Source of the DNA: Eledone cirrhosa | Lineage: Eukaryota | DNA length: 64,000 bases | Assembly (NCBI GenBank): GCA_964016885.1 | Contig: OZ024740.1 | Location: 119,040,001 to 119,104,000, forward strand | Direction of reading: 5' to 3' | Part shown: in pieces, positions 52,993-64,000 of the stretch | Layout of the letters: each line of letters begins with the position of its first letter | Numbering within the stretch: the stretch's first letter is position 1 | Notes under the pieces: model-generated | The model's database searches: none | The model's input: only the letters and a program-made list of their open reading frames with translations | Told to the model about the DNA's origin: nothing | Made by a program: the position numbers and the translations under genes

Positions 52993-53127
52993 AAAAAAAA
53001 ATCTCTCTCTATATATATATATATGTGTGTGTGTCTGTATATATATAATTTCCAGCATATATCCAAAAAATGTTTTGATAAGATGTACAATTTTGAAAAA
53101 GAAAAATTTAACAGTGATCTTAATATG

Positions 53128-53903
53128 TCATCATCATCATCACCGTTTTACGTCCGTTCTTCCACGCTACCATGGGTTAGATGGGTTGGCCTGTTGTGGG
53201 CAGTGTCTGGTCGGCTTACCATGCCTTGCTCATACAGTAACTGATTTGGCTTGATTTCTACAGCCGGATGCCCTTCCTAACACCAACCTCATTTACAGTG
53301 AGTGCTGGGTGCTTTTTCGTGGCGCCTACACGTTCACTTTACAGTGTGGGCTGGGTGCTTTTTTTGCCGTGGCACCTCCACGACCACCTTGCGGTGGGGG
53401 GTGTGGGGGTGTATTGTCTATATGCTTCAGCTTGTACCAATGGGAGGTCGGGTGCTCTGTATTACTGCGTGACGCCAGAAGTCACGGTCGTGTGTCATTG
53501 TCTTTGAGAGGTGTAATTGGGTAAGGTCAGCTTTTATCACCTCATCCCAGGTCATCTTGGGTCTCCCCACTCCGCGGTTTCCATCAACTTCTAGTGCTCT
53601 GCACCTTTTTATGCAGCTGTCATCCTTCATACGCATCACATGTCCATACCAGCGTAACCGCCTCTCCTGCACTCAGCATTTGATTCCTCTTATACTCAGT
53701 CTCTCTCTCAATTCATTTATGCTTTGTCGTTCACGTATATAACTGTTACACATCCATCGGAGCATGCAGGCTTCGTTTCTCTCTAATCTACGCAAGTCTT
53801 CCACCTTCAGCACCCAGGTCTCACTACAATGCAACATCGCTGTTCGGATACACGCATCACACAGTCTGCCTTTCATTCTGAGGGAGAAGCTTTTGCAGCT
53901 AGC
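53128..53903 (-). mobile_element. RTE family A 3' fragment
   Basis: Near-identical to the reverse complement of about 63050-63820. Confidence 0.95.
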
Positions 53904-55156
53904 AGTATGTATTTATAAAAAAACTGTTTGCTTATTTCCTAATTTCAGACATTTCTCCAATACCCATGCCATTATTTAAGAAATTAAACTCTTAAACTAA
54001 ATCAAACAGACATACCTAGTTTATTGGTAGTTTGATAAGTTGAATGCAGGCAATATTCAATTATGAACCTCGTGACAACATTCTATTTTTCACATTATCA
54101 ACTAGAAATGCTCACTTTCGTTGTGTGGGTCTTGGAGGAATGAATATATTTTCTGGTTGTCTCTTTTCCTGTAGAGGCAGTTTTCCTCATCATCAAGCTC
54201 ATTTTACACTCACTTTCCATGCTGGTATTCTGTTGGACAGGTCAACATGGAGTGAAGTACAATAAGTTAGATATGCTTTTCTCATATATTCCATATTTTG
54301 GTTTCGATATTAACTACTACAAAGTGTACAGCATGTATTTTACTGTAGTAGAGGTACTATTACTTTACAGGGTGAAATAGGGCCATTTTATTATGGCAAG
54401 TGCATTAGATTTTTACTAAGTGCATCTTAATGATCATAGTTCAATCAGAATTCACTTGGTTTTAAACCAAACAAAAATTCCGTTTGAAGTATGGAGTACT
54501 AAGAAGGAAAGGTTTAAAAAATGTTAACTGATATCCTTTTGGCAAATATCTAGTTTCTTGCTGGTAGTATAACTAAAAAAGGTCATTAGCTACATGATGT
54601 TATCAGTCTTTCTTTGATTGGGACTTTGTAATTTAGCTTAGTTACATTTTAGTTGATGATATTGGTTAAATGTCTTCCTGGTGTAGCAGAATATGCTTTG
54701 ATGGAGGTCCTTAATTAATCACATCAGTATAGTTTTTGATTTTTATAGTCTCATGTCAGTATTGACAGTGTAGATTTAGGATTAAAAATGTTCCAGCCAG
54801 CCCATTATATTCTTTATCGGGGCTTGTATATCTAAGACAACAGTATCAAAGTTAACAGGATGTATTTTGATGGAAATATGGTTGCTAATTCTGGCTGTTT
54901 AAGCAACCCCATAAAGGCTTTTTCTCATTGGCTTGTATATTTTGTTGTTTAGACAAAAGTCAGCTGTAATTGAGCAAACAAATGATGAAAATATTTTAGT
55001 TATGCCTATTGTAACTTTTATTCAAACACCATGTATATAGAATCACATTATCCTACATGCACATTATCTAAACTATAATAAAGTAAGTTGTGCGGGACTG
55101 CATCCAGAATATATTTTGTTATCCCGTTTGTAAAATAAGTTTGATTTCTTTGAATA

Positions 55157-55342
55157 AATAATTGTTTCTACGTTAGGCACAAGGCCAGCAATTAACCAGT
55201 GTATTACTGGTACTTTATTTTATCGTCTCCGTAAGGATGAAAGGCAAAGTTAAGCTTGGCGGGATTTGAACTCAGAATGGCAAGGGCCGTAACTCTATGC
55301 ACCAAAGCATGGCATCCGACACTCTACCAATACTGCCAATCC
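55157..55342 (-). mobile_element. S1 SINE
   Basis: Near-identical to 2853-3040. Confidence 0.9.
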
Positions 55343-56269
55343 AAATGAATGAATATTACATAATTTAGCTACTAAATTTCGTTATTCTTGATTAAATATA
55401 AATAATTTTGTTCCTTATTTTAAGATTCACCTCTTTAAAATGTTTATATGTCAACACTTCCGGTTAACAATCGCTTTAATAAACATTCATATATTTCTGT
55501 CGCTAATTTTCTCCTAATGCAGTTTATATACAATATCGTCTTTTTTTAATGTATCATGGATTACGTTACTGATTACATAAGAGAATGTAATGCAGTCTTC
55601 GTTCAATTTCTGTGTACATTGTCAATTACGATTTCATTTGGTGTATCATATCTACATGCATATATACTTGCGTATAATATCAATATGCACACTACACATG
55701 CCAGCAGAAAACCACCCGAAGGGTCGTTTTTCTGCTAGTATTCTTAAAGATTGTATCATTACTCAAATACCACAGTCTTAAAACATATGATGTACATGTT
55801 GGATAATATGATGGCCTGGAGTCCTCTCAAGTGGGGAGGCTTGTACTCACAGCCGCTTAGTGCCATAGAAATCAAGATAAGCACTGGCCTGATGAACCCC
55901 TGGGCTCAAGACAGACTTCAGACTTTTAGATTTAAACGATGAAGATTTGGCAGCTATTGAGTTACCATAAATAAGCTCCTCCATTGTCCAGTATAGCTAT
56001 AGTTGTGTTAAAAGACTGAACTATGTGAGAGATTTCAATGAATCTACAAATAAAGAATGGTGAATGTTTGCCCATTTATGCAATGGGTTTAATTAGAATT
56101 TGTGGAATTGTAACATTTTTGAGTTATTTTGCATGAAGACAGAGAGGAAAGAGAAATGAACAGAGAGAAAGAGATTCAGAGTGATTGGTAATCAGATATT
56201 TGGTGAAAAATTGAGGTGGGGGAAGAGTTTAGTTGGTGCAGACTTTTCAATGTAAATGAATACATGTCA

Positions 56270-56526
<257 letters not shown>

Positions 56527-57054
56527 CATAGATTGATAAATAAATAAATAGATAGATGTGTGTGTATGTCTGTGTATCTGTGTGTATTCAGTTACATTCA
56601 ACCACATACACTCAAAAGTTGTCTTTTCATTAGCATGGAAATTTTCTTGATTAAACTTTATTTCTTATTGTATAATGGTTTCAGATTGGTATAAATTACA
56701 TTCCATATATGTGTTTAAGTCAGCTGATTAGAAAGATCTAATCATTATAGTGGAGGGAAAAAATAGGATATAAAATTGCTACAACACCAAAGTGAACTTG
56801 CTTGAAGCAGGTGCCAATTAACTGTATGAAGCTTCAAGTGTTAATACTTAATTACTTTTACACATTGTTTCTTCTGCTATCTTATGTTGCTCTACAACAG
56901 CTGTATGTGTATACATGAATCTATCTAACAATATATCTATATACATATATATGTATGTATGAGTGTTGGTATCTATGTCTATATCTATACATTACACACA
57001 TTGTCACACATGCATGCACACACACATGCATATATATTTCATTTCATTTTTCAT

Positions 57055-57298
57055 TTCATTTTACGTCTGCTTTTCCCTGCTTGCAAGGGTGGGACGGGAA
57101 CTGATTCTGGCTTGATTTCTACAGCTGGATGCCCTTCCTAACACCAACTTCATTTACAGTGAGTGCTGGGTGCTTTTTTGCCGTGGCACCTCCACGACCA
57201 CTTTGCAGTGGAATGATATGGACCCCAGTCCTATCATCTCATTTCTACAGCTGAGTAAACTGGAGCAATGTGAAATAAAGTGTCTGCTCAAAGAAACA
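57055..57298 (-). mobile_element. Chimeric SINE fragment: CORE-like body, family A UTR module, family B-type terminus
   Basis: 57058-57098 matches the family B tail (TTTACGTC.GCTTTTCCCTGCTTG.AAGGGTGGGACG); the rest matches 60510-60710. Confidence 0.75.
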
Positions 57299-57381
57299 AC
57301 ATATATATACAATATATATATACAACATATATATACAATATATATATACATGTATGTCCGTTTGTAGTATGGATGGGTGAA

Positions 57382-57600
57382 TCATCATCATCATCACCGT
57401 TTTACGTCCGTTCTTCCACGCTAGCATGGGTTAGACGGGTTGTCCTGTTGTGGGCAGTGTCAGGTCGGCTGACCATGCCTTGCTCATACAGGAACTGATC
57501 TGGCTTGATTTCTACAGCTGGATGTGTTTAAGTCAGCTGAATAGAAAGCTTGATTTCTACAGCTGGATGCCCTTCCTAACACCAACCTCATTTACAGTGA
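57382..57600 (-). mobile_element. Family A-type 3' UTR fragment with a templated insertion
   Basis: Reverse complement of about 63648-63820, plus a 24-bp insert and a 21-bp duplication. Confidence 0.88.
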
Positions 57601-57605
57601 ATGAA

Positions 57606-58343
57606 TATATATATCAACTAGAAATAGATTGACATATATATATATAAAATAAATACATGAAACAATCACAGGGAATAATTTGTAAATAATGTAAGCACAC
57701 ATAGCTAGGTAGGTAACTAATTAAAGTTTGACTAGAACTTCAAATATAGATACCTTTTAAAATGATTAATCTCCTTTGTATATATTTCTTTCAGTAAGAA
57801 ATATATTTCACCTATTAATCCGTAAATCACAGCAGTTAAATTCTTGGATGTTCACCAAAGGAGAAGAAAATAACCATCTGTGTTTACACAGCAAATGCAA
57901 ATGTGTGAATGATTCGAACTATGTGTTGCATTTAAAAAAAAATACACTCGCTGAACAACGTCATCCCAGTGGCGTGAATAGGACCATCGACAGCCAGAAA
58001 TAGCAGCCGAGCCTATTCAACTGAATTAGCTCAACAATCAAGGGGCCATATATATATCCAAAATTAAAATTAAGGGTTATCATGTCTGAGAGACATGCGC
58101 CATATCCACCGTAGAATAAGCTCAAAGATTAGATCCGAGCATTACATATCAACTAGAAATAGATTGACATATATATAAAATAAATACATGTTTCATGAAT
58201 TTATTTTATATATATATATATGTCAATCTATTTCTAGTTGATATGTAATGCTTGGCTCTAATCTTTGAGCTTATTCTACGGTGGATATGGTGCATGTCTC
58301 TCAGACATGACAACCCTTAATTTTAATTTTGGATATATATATA
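57606..58343. repeat. 535-bp unit with terminal direct repeat, plus inverted partial copy (palindrome 58049-58343)
   Basis: ATATCAACTAGAAATAGATTGAC occurs at 57611 and 58146. Arms 58049-58190 and 58195-58343 are near-perfect reverse complements. Confidence 0.92.
57770..57864 (-). ncRNA. Type I hammerhead-like motif with damaged CUGANGA box
   Basis: Helix I TCTCCTTTG/CAAAGGAGA (9 bp); core reduced to GTGA; 42-nt domain II; GAAA; helix III TATATTTCTT/AAGAAATATA (10 bp); UA at the predicted cleavage site. Confidence 0.65.
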
Positions 58344-58473
58344 TGTGTGTGTATGTATGAGTATCAGTATTTGTGTCTATATCTGTACATTATGCACATT
58401 GTCACACATGCATGCACCCACACACTCACACACATATATATGCTGTTTGTTTGGATTGATGAATCAATATATG

Positions 58474-58506
<33 letters not shown>

Positions 58507-58550
58507 TAATTCAAAATATTAACAAAAATAGAATTTCTTGTGATCAAGTA

Positions 58551-58617
58551 TATTTTATTATACATATTTCAGAGGTACTGAGCTAACTTCAACAGTACGT
58601 CCTCATCAGATAAAATA
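58551..58617 (-). ncRNA. Type I hammerhead ribozyme with intact core
   Basis: TATTTTAT-CTGATGA-GGACGTACTG-ttgaagttagct-CAGTACCTCT-GAAA-TATGTA-TA-ATAAAATA. Confidence 0.82.
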
Positions 58618-60075
58618 AGATGATGCATGACATACCCTGACATAGTAGATGGTTAAGATCCAGTCATGGTAGTGAGTAAGATATGATAAAACTCAATATT
58701 TATATACCTTTGATTGAGACATGAAAAAACTTACATATAATACATATAACACAGAGGGTGCGTGTGAGAAAGCTTAAAAATACATAACAGCAATTTACAT
58801 AATTGTTAGAGATTCAAATAATTTAAATTAGTGAAGAAAGAGAAAGAAAAAAAGAAAGACAGAGAGAAAACAGATGAGGGGATAATATAGCTAGTAGAGG
58901 TATAGAGAGCAAAAGAGAATTGATCAAGGAAAGAAAAACAAAGAGGAATAATTATAGGGAGGGATGAATTATATATATCATAACTATACATTTGGGCATA
59001 GCTTTGCGAAAGAGTAAACTCGAATCTTTGAATTATTGAATTATCTAGAAGTATTCATCAATCTAAATCCTAAATATAACTAGGTGTAATTATATGAAGG
59101 TTAATTTTCAGTCCTTAGTTAATTAGTTATATATAATATCCAAACGTATGCGGTTGACCGTTAACTTTCAAATCATTTAAGTTAGTTCAGAGTAATGAAT
59201 TAATCAAAGTGTATAATATTTCAGGCTATAAAAGTTTATAAATATCTGTATTAATATTAAAGTATACTATCATATTTAATTTATAAAATCATATTTTATG
59301 AAATCATATTTAAACTATTTGAAAACATGAGAAAGAAGACATGATATTTTCATCCTCACAAAGGTAATTCTTATTAAATTTTATTATATTAAATTTAATT
59401 ATTTATATTATATTGAAGATAATTCGCATTATATAATTTATAAAATAATTACAGTTATAATTTTAAAAATTAAGATTAATAATTAGAATGCCTTAAAGCA
59501 TCAAAAGGCCTTATAATTAAACTTTAAAAAAATTTATTATTGAATTAGATATATGCATTTGTCTAAATATAAACAAAGATTATATTGTCTAAAGATTAAG
59601 ATGATACCTATCAGTTACATATAATACAATAAGTTACTGATAATATTGTTAAAAATTAAGGTTTTAGATCAATTATTATAATAGGGTCATGTAATACATA
59701 TATACTATAAATATACAAGTCAAACTTCATGAATCATAAGGATAAGAACCAGATTCAATGTAGAAAAGTAAATTGTTTGCGATGTTAGAAATGCCCAATA
59801 TCCAAGCTATATAGTATAAAAATACAAAAACATTTTTTAAAAAATGTATATAATGGTATAATGTGTCTGCAAACATGAGAAAGAGAAAACCTAAGGATGT
59901 CATTGACCCAAAGGTAACCTGAATTTAATTAAATAAAATTAAATAATCGTTATATAACTTAGAAAATTTAGAAAATATTTAGAAACATATTTAGAAAACT
60001 CATTCTTTGATTTATTCATCGAACCTTGTTTAACCTTTAAATATATATATATACACACACATATATACATACATA

Positions 60076-60108
<33 letters not shown>

Positions 60109-60454
60109 CTATGTATGTGCCTAAGTATATATGTATGTGTGTGTATGTAGGTTTCTATGTATGTATATATGTATGATCTTTGTATGTATGTATGTATAAG
60201 TGTAAGTGCTATGCATGTATAAATATCCTCACACATGTATATACATGCATGTAAATATAGATTGATGGATGGAATTATCTATGAATGCATCTATGTATGT
60301 ATTTGTGTATGTATGCAAGTGTGTGTATGTATATGTGTGTGTTTATGTATGTATGAAGGTAAATGTATATGTATAAACACCCACACAAACACACATGTAT
60401 ATGTATGTATTCATATACATGTGCATCTGTGACTGTATGTATGGATTTATATTT

Positions 60455-60813
60455 TATATGTGCAATCGAAAGATTGTGAGTTCAATTATCGGACCGGATG
60501 ATGTGTTGTTTCCTTGAGCAAGACACTTTATTTCACATTGCTCCAGTTTACTCAGCTGTAGAAATGAGATGATAGGATTGGGCTCCCTAGCATTCCACTG
60601 TTGAGTGGACGTGTAGGCGCCACAGAAAAAAAAGCACCCAGCCCACACTGTAAATGAGGTTGGTGTTAGGAAGGGCATCCAGCTGTAGAAATCAAGCCAG
60701 AATATGTTCCTGTATGAGCAAGACAACCAGACACAGCCCACAACAGGACAACCCGTCTAACCCATGCTAGCGTGGAAGAACGGATGTAAAACGGTGATGA
60801 TGATGATGATGAT
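60455..60813 (+). mobile_element. CORE-type SINE whose 3' half is the RTE family A 3' UTR
   Basis: B-box-like GAGTTCAATT and core CCTTGAGCAAGACACTTTATTTCAC; 60603-60813 is near-identical to 63611-63825. Confidence 0.85.
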
Positions 60814-61564
60814 GTGTATAAAAACATTACAGTAGTTGCTCTTTTTTTTGTTTGCATCCAGAAGTATCTAAAAGTATAATTAATGTCTTTATGTCTAAGA
60901 AAAGGTAAATGCATTTATAAAATTGAAATTTATTTGCTTTTTCTTGAAATGCAGTCACAATTATTATTACCTATAAAATAACCAAATAAATTGGGCTGGG
61001 TTAATTACCTTTAAAGACCCACAAGTTGGACAAAGATGCCTGGCCAATATTTCACTGCCTAAATAGATGACTTATCTGTTGAGCAGGAATGTAAATGTGT
61101 ATTTATGTTTATATGTACATAATTATATATATATTAAACTGTACACTAATTAGTCAAAGTATAAGACAATATTTTTTCTGTATGTATGCAGTATAGAGGT
61201 AATTGAGACAGAGTCAATATCTATATAAATATTGCAATCTCGTCAGAAGATATGTACCTCACTAAACAAACACAAAGATTGGTTCTTTTTCTTTTATATA
61301 TGCTACACAAATGATTCATTATTATTCTTTTCACAAAATTACTAACAGGAATTTAATGTCAAAGCAAAAAAAAATTAGACTTCCCCTAAAAGTTTGGAAG
61401 ATGATGATGTAGAAAAGTAAACAATCAGTTGTCCATCATAAAACCAAGAGCAGTTTCAAGTAGTTTCCGATCAAATGGCTTAACTATATGAAATCAGTTA
61501 TTGTTAATAATGTTTAGACTATTGACCACCTATTTAGACATATAAAGCTTTTTTTAATATTTAC

Positions 61565-61780
61565 ATAGAAGTGCCAGGAAATCCCATTTGTAAGAAGCCA
61601 CAGTAGGGGGAGACTAAGGAAAACCTGAGTAGTGGTAGTGAGAGGTAATCTCAAATCACTGACACTCACAGAGGGGATAATGAAGGAATGTGATAAGGGA
61701 AGAGATGCTGTGCTGAAAAGGACCCATCCAACCCATGCGAATATGGAAAAACCGATGTAAAAATGATGATGATGATGATA
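61565..61780 (+). mobile_element. Decayed RTE (family B-like) 3' end
   Basis: KCQEIP...GRLRKT*VVVVRG...RDAVLKRT, then an ATG-repeat tail. Confidence 0.75.
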
Positions 61781-62269
61781 ATCTATACCATTCAAAATAA
61801 GTTTAATAAGCTGAAATAATGTTATTGTATATTCTTATGCTGTTTAAACCAAGCTCAATCTTGATCAAGCAAATATGAATTCAAAACATTCCTTGCATAA
61901 CTATCTCAACTGTTTGGGAGTATCTAGTACTTCTTTATCCAATGTATTTTTATTGTTAAAGAAATGAAATTTGAGAGGACTTTGGCTGCTATTTCCATCA
62001 TGTCAAGAAATCACTTAGAGACTCTCTTGTTATTTCATGATTATTCATTGGTAGAGGGCCAGACAAAATGCTTGGGTCATCTAGATCTGATTTTCTGGAT
62101 TCAAATACTATTGAAATCAATTTCGTTTTCATCCTACCAAATTGATAATATAAAGTACCAGTCAAGTATTGAAATCGATCAAAATGACACCCCTCTCCAT
62201 ATATGCATATATGTATATATGCATGTATATTTATACACACATATACGCACACACATATATATATATAAA

Positions 62270-63825
62270 GTAAGCCACTCTACTTGGCATTTGTCGACCT
62301 TGAGAAAGCCTTTGACAGAGTTCCACGTGCAGTAATCTGGTGGGCTCTTAGAAAACTAGGAGTAGATGAATGGCTTGTGAAAGCGGTACAAGCCATGTAT
62401 AGGGGAGCAGTCAGCAAAGTTAGGATTGGCAATGAGTATAGCGAGGAATTTAGCGTACAGGTTGGGGTCCACCAGGGCTCTGTTCTTAGCCCTCTCCTGT
62501 TCATCATAGTCCTGCAGGCAATAACGGAGGAGTTTAAGACCGGATGCCCATGGGAACTCCTGTATGCTGATGACCTCGCACTCATAGCTGAATCTATGGT
62601 AGAACTAGAGAATAAATTCCAAACCTGGAAGCAGGGACTAGAGAGAAAGGGCCTCAAAGTCAACATGACAAAGACTAAGGTCCTTATAAGTAGACGAGAA
62701 AACAGAACCCAGATCCCCTCAGAGAAATGGCCTTGCTCAGTATGTAGGAAAGGTGTAGGTAGGAACTCCATTCTTTGCCCCAAATGCAAACAATGGGTAC
62801 ACAAGAGATGTAGCGGGATCTCAGGAAGCTTAATTAAGAATGTAGGATTCACATGCAGCAGCTGTGCTGAAACAGCAAGCAAACAGCCACAGGAAACAAG
62901 TACCACCAATCTCTGGGAGGGCCCTGTAGAAACAGTAGACAGCTTCTGCTACCTAGGTGACCGAATTAGCAACGGAGGTGGGTGCTCAGAAAGTACAATA
63001 ACTAGGGTAAGAACGGGATGGAAGAAGTTTAGGGAACTACTACCACTGCTAGCTGCAAAAGGCTTCTCCCTCAGAATGAAAGGCAGACTGTATGATGCGT
63101 GTATCCGAACAGCGATGTTGCATGGTAGTGAGACCTGGGCGCTGAAGGTGGAAGACTTACGTAGATTAGAGAGAAACGAAGCCTGCATGCTCCGATGGAT
63201 GTGTAACAGTAATATACGTGAACGACAAAGCATAAATGAATTGAGAGAGAGACTGAGCATAAGAGGAATCAAATGCTGCGTGCAGGAGAGGCGGTTACGC
63301 TGGTATGGACATGTGATGCGTATGAAGGATGACAGCTGCATAAAAAGGTGCAGAGCACTAGAAGTTGATGGAAACCGCGGAGTGGGGAGACCCAAGATGA
63401 CTTGGGATGAGGTGATAAAAGCCGACCTTACCCAACTACACCTCTCAAAGTCAATGACACACGACCGTGACTTCTGGCGTCACGCAGTAATACAGGGTAC
63501 CCGACCTCCCATGGGTACATGCTGAAGCATATAAACAATATGCCCCCCCCCCCACCGCAAGGTGGTCGTGGAGGTGCCACGGCAAAAAAAGCACCCAGCC
63601 CACACTGTAAAGTGGACGTGTAGGCGCCACGAAAAAGCACCCAGCACTCACTGTAAATGAGGTTGGTGTTAGGAAGGGCATCCAGCTGTAGAAATCAAGC
63701 CAGATCAGTTCCTGTATGAGCAAGGCATGGTCAGCCGACCAGACACTGCCCACAACAGGACAACCCGTCTAACCCATGCTAGCGTGGAAGAACGGACGTA
63801 AAACGGTGATGATGATGATGATGAT
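62270..63825 (+). mobile_element. 5'-truncated young RTE family A copy between (TA)n tracts
   Basis: Uninterrupted RT and C-terminal ORF, 3' UTR with tandem hairpin modules, (GAT)n tail. Confidence 0.97.
62284..63525 (+). CDS. Reverse transcriptase (partial) with inserted C4HC3 PHD-type finger; remnant of a truncated LINE ORF with no native start
   Basis: 413 aa open: FVDLEKAFDRV, QGSVLSPLLF, LLYADD, KTKVL, CSVC-x10-CPKC-x4-H-x2-C-x14-CSSC, FCYLG, RLRWYGHVMR, GRPK.TW. Confidence 0.85.
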   Translation: MAFVDLEKAFDRVPRAVIWWALRKLGVDEWLVKAVQAMYRGAVSKVRIGNEYSEEFSVQVGVHQGSVLSPLLFIIVLQAITEEFKTGCPWELLYADDLALIAESMVELENKFQTWKQGLERKGLKVNMTKTKVLISRRENRTQIPSEKWPCSVCRKGVGRNSILCPKCKQWVHKRCSGISGSLIKNVGFTCSSCAETASKQPQETSTTNLWEGPVETVDSFCYLGDRISNGGGCSESTITRVRTGWKKFRELLPLLAAKGFSLRMKGRLYDACIRTAMLHGSETWALKVEDLRRLERNEACMLRWMCNSNIRERQSINELRERLSIRGIKCCVQERRLRWYGHVMRMKDDSCIKRCRALEVDGNRGVGRPKMTWDEVIKADLTQLHLSKSMTHDRDFWRHAVIQGTRPPMGTC

Positions 63826-63877
63826 GTATATATATATATATGTGTATATATACATGTATATATATATATATATGTAT

Positions 63878-63918
<41 letters not shown>

Positions 63919-63921
<3 letters not shown>

Positions 63922-64000
63922 TTATCATCATCATCATCGTTTAACGTCTATCTTCCACGCTAGCATGGGTTAGACGGGAGTTCTCCCACTTGAGGCAAGA
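63919..64000 (-). mobile_element. 3' end of another RTE/SINE, tail-to-tail with the previous element
   Basis: CATCATCATCGTTTAACGTC...CCCACTTGAGGCAAGA matches the 3814-3896 variant. Confidence 0.85.

Overview
AT-rich, repeat-dense eukaryotic DNA. The repeat content (tRNA-derived SINEs with a GGCAAAGTTAACCTC...GATTTGAACTCAGA signature, RTE LINEs, long (TA)n arrays) suggests an octopod cephalopod; this is inferred, not proven. Most of the window is retroelement debris. It holds at least three RTE-clade LINE families, here called A, B and C; A and B carry a C4HC3 PHD-type finger inside the RT region. It also holds many SINEs, a hAT transposase remnant, a Penelope-like element (GIY-YIG) and microsatellites. 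Most short ORFs in the track are artefacts of microsatellites or of LINE antisense strands. Reading the sequence by hand gave five type I hammerhead ribozyme (HHR) motifs, at 39608, 45273, 49556, 57770 and 58551. Two of them lie in sequence-unrelated, non-coding units of about 535-540 nt that share a partial-tandem plus inverted-copy layout, resembling retrozymes or circular-RNA-derived elements. Two candidate minus-strand host exons (41083-41144 and 25307-25468) join in frame. The second base-pairs with its downstream intron in a ~220-nt G-U-biased hairpin, a candidate ADAR editing substrate. A covarying structured motif occurs in three copies, and several fold-back duplications are centred on (TA)n. 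All alignments and folds were done by eye, and boundaries of decayed elements are approximate.
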